Positions 9,601 through 19,969 of a stretch of DNA of 64,000 nt are shown here, one piece after another. The DNA is taken from the IMG/VR virus record IMGVR_UViG_3300007513_000028, positions 5,674 to 69,673 of that record. One strand, 5' to 3'. The DNA comes from a virus. Below the pieces are notes generated by a model. That model was given only the letters and a program-made list of their open reading frames with translations. It was not told the origin of the DNA and made no database searches. The position numbers and the translations under genes are program-made. Numbering within the stretch: position 1 is the first letter of the stretch; the number at the start of each line of letters is the position of its first letter.

Positions 9601-12109
9601 CCTTGCAGGATGGTGGAGCGCAGATTCGGTTGTTCCAGAAAATTTTCAGGTCAAGAGAGATGTTCCGGGAGGAACCTCAAATGCAGTTTTTGGCTCAACT
9701 AAAAATCGTCTTCCCCTCGGTTGGTTTTCTGACTTTGATGATACTGGTGTAATTGTTCCTGACGATTTTGACCACATTGGCCAAACCTATAGAAATGTGT
9801 CAGCAAATAATGCTTCGGTGTCTTCGATGTTATTTTCTGATGGTGGGGATGCCCGCGACCGTCTTGGATTGGCTGCGGACACAAAAAATAAAAGAGGTTT
9901 GGACAAAAACATATTAAAACTAACTTCAGATAGTTGGACAACACTCTCCCAAGTCGGCTTGCACTATAACCCAGATGACCAAAAATATTGGCAGGCAGGC
10001 GGCCGCTCTGATTATTATTATCCAATTGTATTAGAACCATTCAAAATGTGGGTTCTTAGTTATTGGGAAATGACATCGAATGTTATGACTGAGGTGGCTC
10101 AGGGACAAAATTATAGTGGGATGTCTGCAACCCTGGCTACCGCAAATTCTTCTACTGTTTTAAGGGTAAATTCCACACATTCTCATGTATCTTCTGAGTA
10201 TGGAGATTCCGATTTTTATAGCCAGGTGGGCCATGTCCGTGGCTATGGGTTGCAAGAAAACTATGTATGGCAAAGAAATGCAACAACATTGGATATGCGG
10301 AGATCTCCGGCAACCCGGGCCCGGCTGTCAATAAGCATTCCTCATAGAATCCCAGCCGGAGGAGACTATTCGGCAAATGTAGTACAATGGTTCGATGGGT
10401 TTATGCTCGAAGAATATTCTAATACTGTTCATGGCTGGATTCCCGGCCTTACGGGCGAGGGCACAAGCGGGACTGCTCATGGATATGATGCCGTTTTCCC
10501 ATATAAAACTCCATATGTCAAGCCAGGATACTCTGGAGCAAACGTTATTTCATGGAACGACCGAAGCCCAAACAAGCATCATGTGTATGCAAATACTCAT
10601 GGTGGAATTTTTTATACCCCTCAGTATGTTGCCAATGCAATTAACGGTATGCCTGCGATTCGCTTTTCGGCAAATACAGTAATCAATAATCCAACGCCAA
10701 GGAGATCTGCCTATGTGTGGTCTGACCACACAGGAAGCGCAAGCAAGGTATATGAATGGAGTTCCATTGGTGGCCCGGGAACAGACAAGCCTCCGACTGT
10801 AGGCTTACAGGCAACAAAGAGTCTTGCTTCTAATACACTTTCCGTTCCTGTTGCAAATACATGGACAGTCATGGCGGTTGTTCAATCTAATCTTACAATC
10901 AATTCTTCATTTTATGACTCCACTCTTAATCCAATGATAATCAATTCTGGGTATGGCGGAAACAAGGACTCTCTATCAGACGGCGCATTAAACCAGCCCG
11001 GAACGTTATCTTTAGGATATGATGTTGATGGAACAATGGGCGCCGTTTTAATCAATACAACAAATTCAACAGGTGGAATTGAGCAGACAAATACGGCAAC
11101 GGTTTCGACGTTCGGGGCCGCCTCTCCCAATACTGCCAGACCTTTGACAAATACTTCTTATGCCACAGGAAAAAATGTATTCAGAATTGTTGGTGTTTCT
11201 ATCAATGCTGCATCTGGGTCAACTTCCGAACTTTTGAATTTCCATGTTGATGGTCGTCGGTTTTCAAATTCAGAAATTAATAATATTTCAAACGATTTGA
11301 GTCGAACTGGGTTGAGTAATCAATTACAGCAGAATTATGTTACTTCGATTGGTGCCTGGGCACCATCAAATAATACAATTTGGGACACAGGAACTCATGG
11401 TGTGAATGCAAAATATCCATACGGAACTGCAAGTTGGGACGGAGATATTGCAGAAATTGTTGTATTCAATGAAAAACTTTCAAATACAAAAATTGCACTT
11501 GTCGAAGGGTATCTGGCTCACAAATATAGACTGCAAGAACATCTAATTCACAAAGACGGAACCACAAACGAAACCGAAGTATATCGGTGGGAATATGCAA
11601 ACACGCAAAATGGATGGGAGTTTTTGAACCAGCATTCCTCTGTCCCCATTACATATGTGTGGGAAGGCGGAGATTCCAATAATTATATTCAAGTCACCGG
11701 GTCTGGTCAACAGACAATGCAAATTACCTTGCCGACCCACATTCATGGAGCCGCATATGACAAGGTAGGATTTAGATATAAGATGACCGCCGCCGGAATG
11801 GAGCCAACATCAAACACATATGCATTCAAATGGAAGAACGATGATAGTGAAACCTTACATTCCCTCCCTGATCTCGGAGATGATGGCCACAACGGGCTTA
11901 ATGTCTGGACGGAGAAGTATTTTGACTTGTCTGGTCAGGCTGAATGGGTAGGAAAGAAAATTACATATTTGCAGTATGATATGAATGAGGGCACCGAAAC
12001 AGTAAACCAGATAGATTGGGTGTATGTGTCAGGAAATAATCATCCGCATCCATATAGATACAATGCCCCCACAGCAGTTGGAGCAAATAATTGGAATATT
12101 AATTATTAA
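6674..12109 (+). CDS. gp7: Baseplate wedge initiator gp7-like, enlarged by inserted jelly-roll, TolB-like propeller and LamG-like domains
   Basis: QIPDFIR..HPKFV.FIEKYYEFL, FYRAVGTEDSFK.LFR.LF and IQDGHYWQ.YAY..HPAGMKMFG motifs; lies between gp6 and gp8. Confidence 0.85.
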   Translation: MAAIIKTANTHQTSLLVSEQIPDFIRGDHPKFVTFIEKYYEFLAQANSGIATSDGLSHYYGADHATKVITDINDIDTTDLDKFIGSFQKQYGHGLPQQVADAADRRLLYKNLVDFYRAVGTEDSFKMLFRLLFNDEIELYYPFQDVLIASGGNYTKESRIRVNYVENLNDIENTRIVGATSGAYGTVERVQVLPGGSDSFITGRIGNTSTSYTSGVSNTEIYDPMKYLEHGSSTAHIYMTDQSGNFDFFEDIYVDDVNSTVSNTIVLPMTKSMLVFEDFQYGSTNNVISMYDGLVHQRANSTNPPWGSANIDYSNTGIWHTTGDGTGEIKLVSNVYGSYGGVVLEIGNNSTLASATGDQRHIVFAKNVGIGGEDRLYRMSIRARDLGGNSAVSVAEGNRFSAGVSCVRHDLRKLSADNYKDQWEDPLWLVSHKQAIDDEFFVYTAYFKGRETRRNVGGSPYSAKNYGNGGRRDLTSGTRYYNSAQKAVDREVLLPFNTTFIKPTFKVNEPGDGATYSQGITQIDFISLEELTPMQTQLGMHSGSYSDERSLLSTTGAHIQDGHYWQIYAYDIRSKQQIKDYATVVREAVHPAGMKMFGTTISESSRRMSDMIDVKPGKITQLTDNSLLIDQYPAWSPDGTQIAFSRYTNPALTLYEIFKMDVDGTNVRSLMPGWGSGLYPAWSPDGTKIAFESKIHSWLWGDADAYAPVGSYQNEIYVMDAGGVVDTDEFPFHTAASLTRLTHDAQSVTPLRADAPIADLPRKRQPAWSPDGTKIAFVANTAIAEGEFRDQIYVINADGTNQTRLTNSATGDRGPSWSPDGTKIGFYSYPHPNDAGSGNYNKIFVMNADGTNRTKIPNHSPSIHPPGVMNDYYPRWSPDGTKVAIQSWNMAHADSAPPNHNFDIKVMNEDGSNPIWLTSNVAVDRGPAWSPDGTQIAFSSSRGVGNFGNTDIYVIDVKERSNTNLLDTFSPESLDSLAGWWSADSVVPENFQVKRDVPGGTSNAVFGSTKNRLPLGWFSDFDDTGVIVPDDFDHIGQTYRNVSANNASVSSMLFSDGGDARDRLGLAADTKNKRGLDKNILKLTSDSWTTLSQVGLHYNPDDQKYWQAGGRSDYYYPIVLEPFKMWVLSYWEMTSNVMTEVAQGQNYSGMSATLATANSSTVLRVNSTHSHVSSEYGDSDFYSQVGHVRGYGLQENYVWQRNATTLDMRRSPATRARLSISIPHRIPAGGDYSANVVQWFDGFMLEEYSNTVHGWIPGLTGEGTSGTAHGYDAVFPYKTPYVKPGYSGANVISWNDRSPNKHHVYANTHGGIFYTPQYVANAINGMPAIRFSANTVINNPTPRRSAYVWSDHTGSASKVYEWSSIGGPGTDKPPTVGLQATKSLASNTLSVPVANTWTVMAVVQSNLTINSSFYDSTLNPMIINSGYGGNKDSLSDGALNQPGTLSLGYDVDGTMGAVLINTTNSTGGIEQTNTATVSTFGAASPNTARPLTNTSYATGKNVFRIVGVSINAASGSTSELLNFHVDGRRFSNSEINNISNDLSRTGLSNQLQQNYVTSIGAWAPSNNTIWDTGTHGVNAKYPYGTASWDGDIAEIVVFNEKLSNTKIALVEGYLAHKYRLQEHLIHKDGTTNETEVYRWEYANTQNGWEFLNQHSSVPITYVWEGGDSNNYIQVTGSGQQTMQITLPTHIHGAAYDKVGFRYKMTAAGMEPTSNTYAFKWKNDDSETLHSLPDLGDDGHNGLNVWTEKYFDLSGQAEWVGKKITYLQYDMNEGTETVNQIDWVYVSGNNHPHPYRYNAPTAVGANNWNINY
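8571..9490 (+). repeat. Six in-frame PD40/TolB-type repeats (WSPDGT[KQ][IV]), near-identical at DNA level
   Basis: Core tggtcccc[ct]ga[ct]ggcacc[ca]ag recurs near 8576, 8717, 8975, 9122, 9299 and 9458. Confidence 0.9.
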
Positions 12110-12118
12110 ATAATGTAT

Positions 12119-12126
12119 TATAAATA
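12119..12126 (+). promoter_or_regulatory. T4-type late promoter TATAAATA
   Basis: Exact consensus in the gp7-gp8 intergenic region. Confidence 0.85.
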
Positions 12127-12156
12127 GTAATATACATCTGTCAGGAGACATACTCT

Positions 12157-13878
12157 TTGCCATCTTTTATTGGAAAAAAGTTTAGCGTATACAACGCAAA
12201 CACATTTGCACATTCATTTGCAAGAGATCCTATATATCTTTATGTAGGAAAGGTTGCCGCCTGGGCCGACGAAGACAATCCTCCTTCGGCAAATGATGTT
12301 CCCGCAGATCATAATAATATATGGAACAAAATGGCTGGTTTGGTTCGTGTCAATCGAAATCAAGTTTCTCTTGGAATTACGCGAAATGATTGGTTGACTG
12401 GAACCAAATATGAAATGTATCATTCTGCAAACACCAAGTTGGGGACCAATTATCATGTTCTTGCAGGAGTGATGGACAGAGATGTATATAAATGTATTGA
12501 CAACAATGGATATTCTCCATCTTCGTCAAAACCAACACACAAAAACTTGGGAGCCACGAAAGAAATTGATGGATATGTCTGGAAATATATGTATACCATT
12601 CCAGAAACAACTTTCAAAAAGTTTGCAACATCAACCGTAATTCCTGCATTCAGAGATGGAGATGTTTCGAGTTTTAGTAAATTAGGAAGGATTCTTCATC
12701 TTCCCATTTCTGCAAACAGTAGTACAGGAATTGGTGCATATTATCGTGGCCACGGATTTGTCAATGGCAGCTATTCTGCTCTTGCCTCGAATGCAACTAT
12801 TTACACAACGGTTCATGCAAACTCTGCAACAAACCAGTTGAAAATAATTGCAGATTCTGGTCTGGCGATCCAACAAGACTACTATAATAATTGTGCATTC
12901 ATGATTACATCAGGAAAAGCAAAGGGGACTTATAGGAGAATTTCTGATTCTTGGCCTGATGGTGTCGAGAGAGATGTTGGATATTCACAAGACAAGGCAA
13001 CAAATTTATTTTTTAATACTTCGGTCAGTAATATTGCAAATGGAGACATGTTTAAGATTGGTCCGATAGTGACTGTATCTGGCGATATAAATGGTCGAGG
13101 ATTTTTGGGAATTGGAAATGTTAACAGATATGGAAATGTTACTTCTATTGATGTTGCATTGACCGGAACTAATTATGCAAATTCAGATGCAACTGTTTCT
13201 GTTTTGGGCCATTATCATGCCACAACAAATTCTCTGTATGACGGTACGGGTGCATTGGTAGATCTTGCAATTCCCCCATCGGGCGGAGGCCATGGATATA
13301 ATCCTCTGATGGAATTGAATGCAAAATATGTAATTGTTTCTCCAGAAACCCCTCTACCAAAAGATCATCAGACAGGAATTTTTGCAGGATATAATAATGA
13401 AATTCGACAGGTGGGTTTGATAAAGAATCCAATAAATTCTGTTACTGGACTGCCTGCATATGGTGCGTCTTATGATGCACGAACAACTCTTTATTTTGCT
13501 TCTCCGACCAGTATTAAATTTGAAAAAGACCAAAGGGTGTACAATACGAGTGACCCGGTTGGATCTGAATCTGCATCGGGCCTAGTTCATAGTATTTGTG
13601 GAGATTCTCAGAATCAATATTTGGCATTATCGGATGTGCAGGGGCAGTTTGCAAATGGAGATGTTGTTTATAATAGATTAGGAGATACTGCAACAATTGC
13701 AAGTGCCAATTTGGCATTTCATAAGTATCCAATTAATTCAGAAATAAAACCTGTGAATTCAGTAATTAATCCTCAACTTGCTAAATATACAGGAGAAATA
13801 TTATATCATGAAAACATTTCTCCAATTACAAGAAGAATAGACCAAAAAGAAAATTTTAAATTTGTTTTTGAGTTCTAA
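12157..13878 (+). CDS. gp8: Baseplate wedge gp8-like (TTG start)
   Basis: YLYVGK..AW.DE..PP, VYKCIDN..S..KPT, DGYVWKYMYTI, RQVGLIKNP and C-terminal YTGEILY.ENISPI.R..DQKE.FK.VFEF motifs; AGGAG Shine-Dalgarno. Confidence 0.9.
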   Translation: MPSFIGKKFSVYNANTFAHSFARDPIYLYVGKVAAWADEDNPPSANDVPADHNNIWNKMAGLVRVNRNQVSLGITRNDWLTGTKYEMYHSANTKLGTNYHVLAGVMDRDVYKCIDNNGYSPSSSKPTHKNLGATKEIDGYVWKYMYTIPETTFKKFATSTVIPAFRDGDVSSFSKLGRILHLPISANSSTGIGAYYRGHGFVNGSYSALASNATIYTTVHANSATNQLKIIADSGLAIQQDYYNNCAFMITSGKAKGTYRRISDSWPDGVERDVGYSQDKATNLFFNTSVSNIANGDMFKIGPIVTVSGDINGRGFLGIGNVNRYGNVTSIDVALTGTNYANSDATVSVLGHYHATTNSLYDGTGALVDLAIPPSGGGHGYNPLMELNAKYVIVSPETPLPKDHQTGIFAGYNNEIRQVGLIKNPINSVTGLPAYGASYDARTTLYFASPTSIKFEKDQRVYNTSDPVGSESASGLVHSICGDSQNQYLALSDVQGQFANGDVVYNRLGDTATIASANLAFHKYPINSEIKPVNSVINPQLAKYTGEILYHENISPITRRIDQKENFKFVFEF

Positions 13879-13881
13879 ATA
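13874..13881 (+). promoter_or_regulatory. Possible late promoter variant (TCTAAATA)
   Basis: TAAATA core overlaps the gp8 stop, upstream of the VrlC-like gene. Confidence 0.45.
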
Positions 13882-13913
13882 ATATAAGAAGTTAGATTTT
13901 AAAAGGAAATCTC

Positions 13914-16900
13914 ATGCCTATCGACTTTAACAGACATCCATATTATGATGATTTTAATGAAGATAATCAATATTATCGTTTGTTGTTTCAGCCTGGCCGG
14001 GCAGTTCAGGCCAGAGAGTTAACACAAATACAAACTTTCTTTCAAAATCAACTTGAACGTCTTGGTAAGCATATATTCAAAGATGGGGCAAAGGTGTGGG
14101 GAGGGAAAATTATATATGACAGGAATGATACAAAATGGCTGGCAGTAAAGGCGCAAGACATCCACGGAAATCCTGTCAGAATTCGTGACATCACACCCGG
14201 CCTTCTTATTAGAAAAACTTCTCAGGCATCATCGGGCGGAGCAGATATTGCTGTTGAGGCAAGAATTACTGGAGTGATTCCTGCCGAACTTCATGATCCA
14301 GATACAATTTATTTTAAATGGCTAAAGGGAGAAGATGAAGGATTTGGTGCAGATGAAACATTAAGAATTTGTGATGCCGTTAGCGGAAGGGTCAGATATA
14401 CAGTAACTACATTAGAATTAGATTCACAGAATAAACAACGACATTATGGGTCTTCTTCTTCATTTACTGTCGAGCCGGGAGTTTATTTTTGGAAGGGTCT
14501 TTTTATTAAATCGGCAGGTGGGAGTATAAAACTTGCCAAATATAATAATACAACAACATATCGCGTTGGCTTGGCAATAAGTGAGTCCATTGACCAAACT
14601 GATCCGCGAAGTCTTGATCCATCTTCGCATACTTCAAATTATTCGGCGCCCGGTGCAGATAGATATAAAGTAGAAACAACTTTAATTAAGATTGGAGAGG
14701 GAGTTCTTTTTGATGAAAGAACTGTTCCAAATTTTATTGAAATTGCAAGAATTGATACTGGAAATCTTTTGGTCAGCGAAGACGGAACAGGAGATGGGAT
14801 TTATAGTGTTCTGGGTCGTGAATTAGCCAAACGAACATACGAAGAGAGTGGAAATTATATTGTTCAGGGATACAATATTAATGTTAAAAATAAGACAACA
14901 AGGGATAATCCAAAACTTGTTGCAAAATTATCAGAAGGGGTTTCTTATGTTAAGGGGAATCGCCATTCGTTAAATCATCAAAATATTGTTGAGGTTGATA
15001 AGGGTCGTGATCTTCTTACCGAAGATCTTAATCTAAAAAATGATTATGGAGATAATTTTGTTTTGGTCTATGATCGAGCGGCAGCGGTTGCTCATCCAGA
15101 AAATGCAAATGGGCTTTTTGTTGTAGGTTCTGGTGCCGGAAAATCTACCGCAGACACCGATCTTGAGGGCCGTCGCGGAGAAGCAGTTTCTGTGCATTGT
15201 GTTCCTCATAAACTGGTAAGAGATCATTCGCTGACCACGACAGACACATGGAACTCCACTTTGATTGGAACCGTCCGACCCATTCAGATGGTATACAATA
15301 AAAAGGCATCGACAAAATCAAAACAGGCAGGAAGGCTTGGAGATGTATATAGTCTCTGGCTGGGCGATTTTCAGAGTTCTCCAATTGCAAATGTGACGAG
15401 CGTCACAAATATTATTACTGATGTTTCTGCAACAGGAAATGCAGCCTTTACAACGTATACACACTCGACCTGGCCAAACGGAATTACTGCAAACGATAAG
15501 ATTTCTGCTGTCGGTTCTTCTGATGCCAATTTTAATGTTGATTTTAGGGATGTTGTTACTTCAAATGCAACTGCAATTGTTATTGCGGGCGGTGAATTTT
15601 CAGGAGCATCTACAACAGGAAGCCCGATGTCACTTCATCGAACGTCTGGCAAAAACACAAGCCCGTATTCTACGCTCGTTCTTGATGAAAATTCTTCGGC
15701 TGCATGGAATGGATCATATATTGGCGCAAGCATTTCGGTAGGAAATTGTTCTCCGAGAACTATTGTTGATTATGTCGGAACTAACTCCTCGGCAGAAACA
15801 AAATACAATATACGAAATGGGTGGTCAAAGCGAGGAATGGTTATCCTTGACAGACCGCTAGAAGAGGACGGGGCCCCATACATACCTCAATATGGAGATA
15901 AGTATACAATAAACCTCACAATGAAGCAGGCTCGATCTGTTGTCTATAATCAAAATATGACTTCGACAGGTGTCGGCCAATATCCAGCCACACTAAATCA
16001 AATGTGGGACATTGATCCAATATCTGGAATCAAGGATAAGGATATAAGTCTTTTGACTGATGAAGTATATGGGAATCGAGTTGATGGGGAGTGTAAATAT
16101 AATAAGTATGGAGAAACGCCAGAGGGAGAAGATGCTCTTTTGTTTTCTACGGGCCGTCAGGCAACCAAGACGCTAAAGACGGTTGGAACTTTTGACGGTG
16201 GCTTGGCTGGTAATACTATAGTTTATTATACAGAATGTTCTGTCAAGACCGCCGGAGGCAGCGCCGCCACCTTAGACTTTGGAACTGCTCCGGTGGCAAG
16301 CGATTTTGTATTTTTTGCACGACCGAAGGCATATCCATATAGTACAACTTTGGATACTGATTCTACAGCCGAAATAAAAGAGAACTTTATTCTGTCCAAT
16401 ATGACCACGGGCGAGATCTTGACTGATAAGATTACCCGAGTTGTGGTCGATGGTGCCGATAATATTACAGTCACTACCAGCCCCAATTTTGCTTCTGGTC
16501 AGAAGTATGTTCTCATATTTACTGCACGGGCAGAATTTGCAAGCCCGGCTTACAAGAGTAGAATTGCTGCAAATACATCGCATTCGATTACTGTGCCTGC
16601 CAGCGGAGATTTGACAGATTTTTCCAGAGGGCAAGTGTATGTTGCAGACGGATATGGAACAACTTCGGGTTCTCGAATTTCTTTATTGAAACCAGACGGA
16701 TTTAAATTGCATAAGGTGGTTCATCAGGTTGATAATACAACTGCCAATACGGATATTGCAAATGCAGACAAGGATGTAACTTCTCGATTTAGTTTTGACT
16801 CCGGGCAACGAGACATGTTTTATGACAATGCTTCTATTATTTTGAAGCCGGACGTTGATGCTCCGACAGGAAATCTTTTTGTTATCTTTGACCATTTCAA

Positions 16901-19900
16901 GAGAATGTCCGGGCCAAAGGGCGGAACTGATTTTAACGGAGCAGCCGCCGCAGAAAACATTACTTCCCCGAGTTATTTTTCTGTTGATTCTTATCAATAT
17001 ACAACAGATATTGTTCTTAGTTCTGTTTCTACAGCCGGATTTAAAGTTGGGCAAAGAATTACTTCAAATTCTGGGGTGTCTGCCTATGTTGCCGAGTATG
17101 CAAATAATACAGGAAATTATGCAAAGGTTAGTTTGATTGATGTGACTTCTTCTCCGTCAAGCACGACTGCAAAATTTGTTGCCGATGAATTTATTAAAGG
17201 ATTCAATCCAGATGCAGCAGCAGGAGAAGGGGCAACTGTTGCCGGAAAAATTAAGACTCTTACTGAAGCAGATTTAAAATATAGCGAAATTCCGGTATAT
17301 ACCAGTCGAGGAAAGAAGACATATCCACTTCGTAATATGCTAGATTTTCGAGCCTATGTTTCTTCAAATACACGAACGAGTGATACCATATCAGATTCTT
17401 TGATGGCACCAATTCCGACAAGATCATCAATCAAGGCTGGCCGGGGTGGTGGTGCAGGCTTGGCCCTGAGAACGAATCCCATGACAACTCCTGTCAAATT
17501 AAAGCATTTTTCAGGAAGAATTGATAAATTGGTTGTAACGGATGATGGTAATTATAAAATGATTAGAGGCACTTCGGCTGTAAATCCATATCCTCCGAAG
17601 GATGATGACAATGATAAATCATTAACTCTTTTTACTCTTGAAATTCCTCCTTATACGTTTGAATCAAAAGAAGTTCAAATTAAAGAAAATCTTGCTCGCC
17701 GCCATACCATGAAAGATATTGGCAGATTAGCCAAAAGAGTAGAAAATCTTGAATATTATGTTTCTTTGAATGCACTTGAAAAGGCTGCATCTGAAATGGA
17801 TGTTACTTTTGCAGACGGAACTTCTCGTTTCAAGAATGGCATTCTTGTAGATAATTTTAATGGGCATGGCGTTGTTGATGTCCTAAAAAATGGTTCGGCA
17901 GTTGGAAAGGGAGTCATGCGACCCCGAGGAATCCCCGGAACGCGGGGAGCCTATAATTTACACATGGCGACGTATTCGGACGAAACCAAGCATTCGGCAG
18001 GGATTGCAACAACCGGAGCGCGAGCAACTCGCCCAGAAGTGGTCATGTTGGACTATACAGTAAAGCCGTTAATTACTCAGCCAGTAGCCACAGACGCAGA
18101 AAGTGTTAATCCATTTGACCTTCAAAATTTTACAGGAACTCTTAGGGTAACCCCGGACAATGACCGATGGATGGATACGACAAAGATTCCAGAATACAAT
18201 TCGTTTGTAAATGGTGTTCTTGATAATCTTGCGGGAATTGACGAAACCGATCCTAAGTATGAAGGAGATGATGGGCAGCAGCTTCTTTATGACGATATTG
18301 CAAATGCAATTAAGGCAATGCCAGATTTTTGGGATGATATTTCCGGGGCTCTTCGTCCGGGTGACGATATAATTGGAACTTCTTTTCATAATTCAGACGA
18401 AAGTATGAATGCAGCAGAAGTTGGAAAAAATATCTCTCTACAAGGAGTAACAGACCAAAAATTTAATACAAGTGAAATTGATGCCGCCATTACCACACAT
18501 GGCCTTACCGATGGGATGATAAAAAATACGGGCATTCTTCCGTATATTCGTTCCAGAGATGTTATTATACACGGAGAGGGCTTAAAGCCAAATCATAAGG
18601 CAACAGTCTTGTTTGAAAATGTCGGAGTCGAGCGATACTTTAGTCGTGCAAATGAAATTTACCTTTCTCGTACAGGAACAGACTTGTTTCAACCTGAAAT
18701 TGATGGTTCATATGAAGTCATTAGATTGTCCTCTGGGGCCGAAACAGCAAATGCAGTTCTTCTTGCCGTCCGAGAGCCCAACTTTCGAGACTCCAAGACA
18801 GCCGCCGAAGGTACTCTGATTGGATATATTGTTCCTGAATTTAATGAAGAGTCTGGTCAGATTAAATATAGTCAATTTGCAGATGGGTATTATGATGCAA
18901 ACTGGGCAGCTTCCGGCGCAGATATTAAATCTCATGGTTTCCAGGGAACGGCATCTGGAAGAACAATCACAGGATTTAATTCTGGTGCAATTGCAACTCT
19001 GACAACCGGAGGAACAACTCATTATTATAATGGGCATTATTCTGGGCAAGCCAGAAATACGTCTTCAAACACTACTCATATTCATTTGTCTCCAGACGCC
19101 CATAGATATGTTCCAAACAATTTTGGAGATGACACAAAACTCGACAAGAACTTGGGTCTTCCGAAAGAGACAATAATTAAAATTGTAGAGGGAGCAGGTG
19201 CTGGTCAGGAATGCAAAGCAAACAATTTAATATATACCGAAGGGTCAACCAATACTCCTGTTATTGAATTGGTTTCTACGGCACAGGGTTCGACCGGGCT
19301 TTCAACTGCCATTGACGGAACCAGCGTCTATACAATTGGAATGCGATCTATTAATCCAAATAACAGAGAGCAAGGAATAACTCAAGTCGGTTCGCGGGGA
19401 GACATGACAAATCATTATGGAGAAAAGTTGGGTATATTGCATCTTCCTTCTAGCACAAGAACTGAGTGGACTGCCGGAAGAAAATTGGTTGAAATTATTG
19501 ATAGGTATAGTAAAGAAGAGTGGTTGGTGAGTAGTTATGCTTCTGCATATTATCATGCAGAAGGCCAAGAACAAGAAGAAGTTGAGGCTTCACCGAAGAG
19601 ATTGGAAATGTTGAAAGAGGTGAGAAGTCGTCTGAATGCTTTCCGAATAAATGACCACCCAGAAGATCTTGGATATGTTCCGGCTGTAAATAATGAGGAT
19701 GGAACAGAAGGTCGTTTGGCTGTTGTTACCGGGGTAGAGGTCGCAAACGGAACATGGACTGCAATCAATACACATGGGATTGCATTTGTCCAGGGCGGCG
19801 GAGAATTTGGCACAATTAGCGAAACCACTCAAGAATTGTTGGCATCTTCATTGTCTGGTGTCTGGCAATACTTGAAGGATGAATTCCCAGGAATTTATGA

Positions 19901-19940
19901 AAAATATTATTCAATTCACGGTGGCGTGCAAATTGAATAA
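13914..19940 (+). CDS. Large VrlC/DUF4815-like virion structural protein, N-terminal part
   Basis: PYYDDF...YYRLLFQPGRAVQARELTQIQ, NYSAPGADRYK, LAKRTYEESGNY, FDSGQRD.FYD, TMKDIG.L.KRVENLEYY.SL..LE and RFKNGILVDNF motifs. Confidence 0.85.
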   Translation: MPIDFNRHPYYDDFNEDNQYYRLLFQPGRAVQARELTQIQTFFQNQLERLGKHIFKDGAKVWGGKIIYDRNDTKWLAVKAQDIHGNPVRIRDITPGLLIRKTSQASSGGADIAVEARITGVIPAELHDPDTIYFKWLKGEDEGFGADETLRICDAVSGRVRYTVTTLELDSQNKQRHYGSSSSFTVEPGVYFWKGLFIKSAGGSIKLAKYNNTTTYRVGLAISESIDQTDPRSLDPSSHTSNYSAPGADRYKVETTLIKIGEGVLFDERTVPNFIEIARIDTGNLLVSEDGTGDGIYSVLGRELAKRTYEESGNYIVQGYNINVKNKTTRDNPKLVAKLSEGVSYVKGNRHSLNHQNIVEVDKGRDLLTEDLNLKNDYGDNFVLVYDRAAAVAHPENANGLFVVGSGAGKSTADTDLEGRRGEAVSVHCVPHKLVRDHSLTTTDTWNSTLIGTVRPIQMVYNKKASTKSKQAGRLGDVYSLWLGDFQSSPIANVTSVTNIITDVSATGNAAFTTYTHSTWPNGITANDKISAVGSSDANFNVDFRDVVTSNATAIVIAGGEFSGASTTGSPMSLHRTSGKNTSPYSTLVLDENSSAAWNGSYIGASISVGNCSPRTIVDYVGTNSSAETKYNIRNGWSKRGMVILDRPLEEDGAPYIPQYGDKYTINLTMKQARSVVYNQNMTSTGVGQYPATLNQMWDIDPISGIKDKDISLLTDEVYGNRVDGECKYNKYGETPEGEDALLFSTGRQATKTLKTVGTFDGGLAGNTIVYYTECSVKTAGGSAATLDFGTAPVASDFVFFARPKAYPYSTTLDTDSTAEIKENFILSNMTTGEILTDKITRVVVDGADNITVTTSPNFASGQKYVLIFTARAEFASPAYKSRIAANTSHSITVPASGDLTDFSRGQVYVADGYGTTSGSRISLLKPDGFKLHKVVHQVDNTTANTDIANADKDVTSRFSFDSGQRDMFYDNASIILKPDVDAPTGNLFVIFDHFKRMSGPKGGTDFNGAAAAENITSPSYFSVDSYQYTTDIVLSSVSTAGFKVGQRITSNSGVSAYVAEYANNTGNYAKVSLIDVTSSPSSTTAKFVADEFIKGFNPDAAAGEGATVAGKIKTLTEADLKYSEIPVYTSRGKKTYPLRNMLDFRAYVSSNTRTSDTISDSLMAPIPTRSSIKAGRGGGAGLALRTNPMTTPVKLKHFSGRIDKLVVTDDGNYKMIRGTSAVNPYPPKDDDNDKSLTLFTLEIPPYTFESKEVQIKENLARRHTMKDIGRLAKRVENLEYYVSLNALEKAASEMDVTFADGTSRFKNGILVDNFNGHGVVDVLKNGSAVGKGVMRPRGIPGTRGAYNLHMATYSDETKHSAGIATTGARATRPEVVMLDYTVKPLITQPVATDAESVNPFDLQNFTGTLRVTPDNDRWMDTTKIPEYNSFVNGVLDNLAGIDETDPKYEGDDGQQLLYDDIANAIKAMPDFWDDISGALRPGDDIIGTSFHNSDESMNAAEVGKNISLQGVTDQKFNTSEIDAAITTHGLTDGMIKNTGILPYIRSRDVIIHGEGLKPNHKATVLFENVGVERYFSRANEIYLSRTGTDLFQPEIDGSYEVIRLSSGAETANAVLLAVREPNFRDSKTAAEGTLIGYIVPEFNEESGQIKYSQFADGYYDANWAASGADIKSHGFQGTASGRTITGFNSGAIATLTTGGTTHYYNGHYSGQARNTSSNTTHIHLSPDAHRYVPNNFGDDTKLDKNLGLPKETIIKIVEGAGAGQECKANNLIYTEGSTNTPVIELVSTAQGSTGLSTAIDGTSVYTIGMRSINPNNREQGITQVGSRGDMTNHYGEKLGILHLPSSTRTEWTAGRKLVEIIDRYSKEEWLVSSYASAYYHAEGQEQEEVEASPKRLEMLKEVRSRLNAFRINDHPEDLGYVPAVNNEDGTEGRLAVVTGVEVANGTWTAINTHGIAFVQGGGEFGTISETTQELLASSLSGVWQYLKDEFPGIYEKYYSIHGGVQIE

Positions 19941-19969
19941 ATGTAGAAATGTTTAGGAGATTTTAGCCA

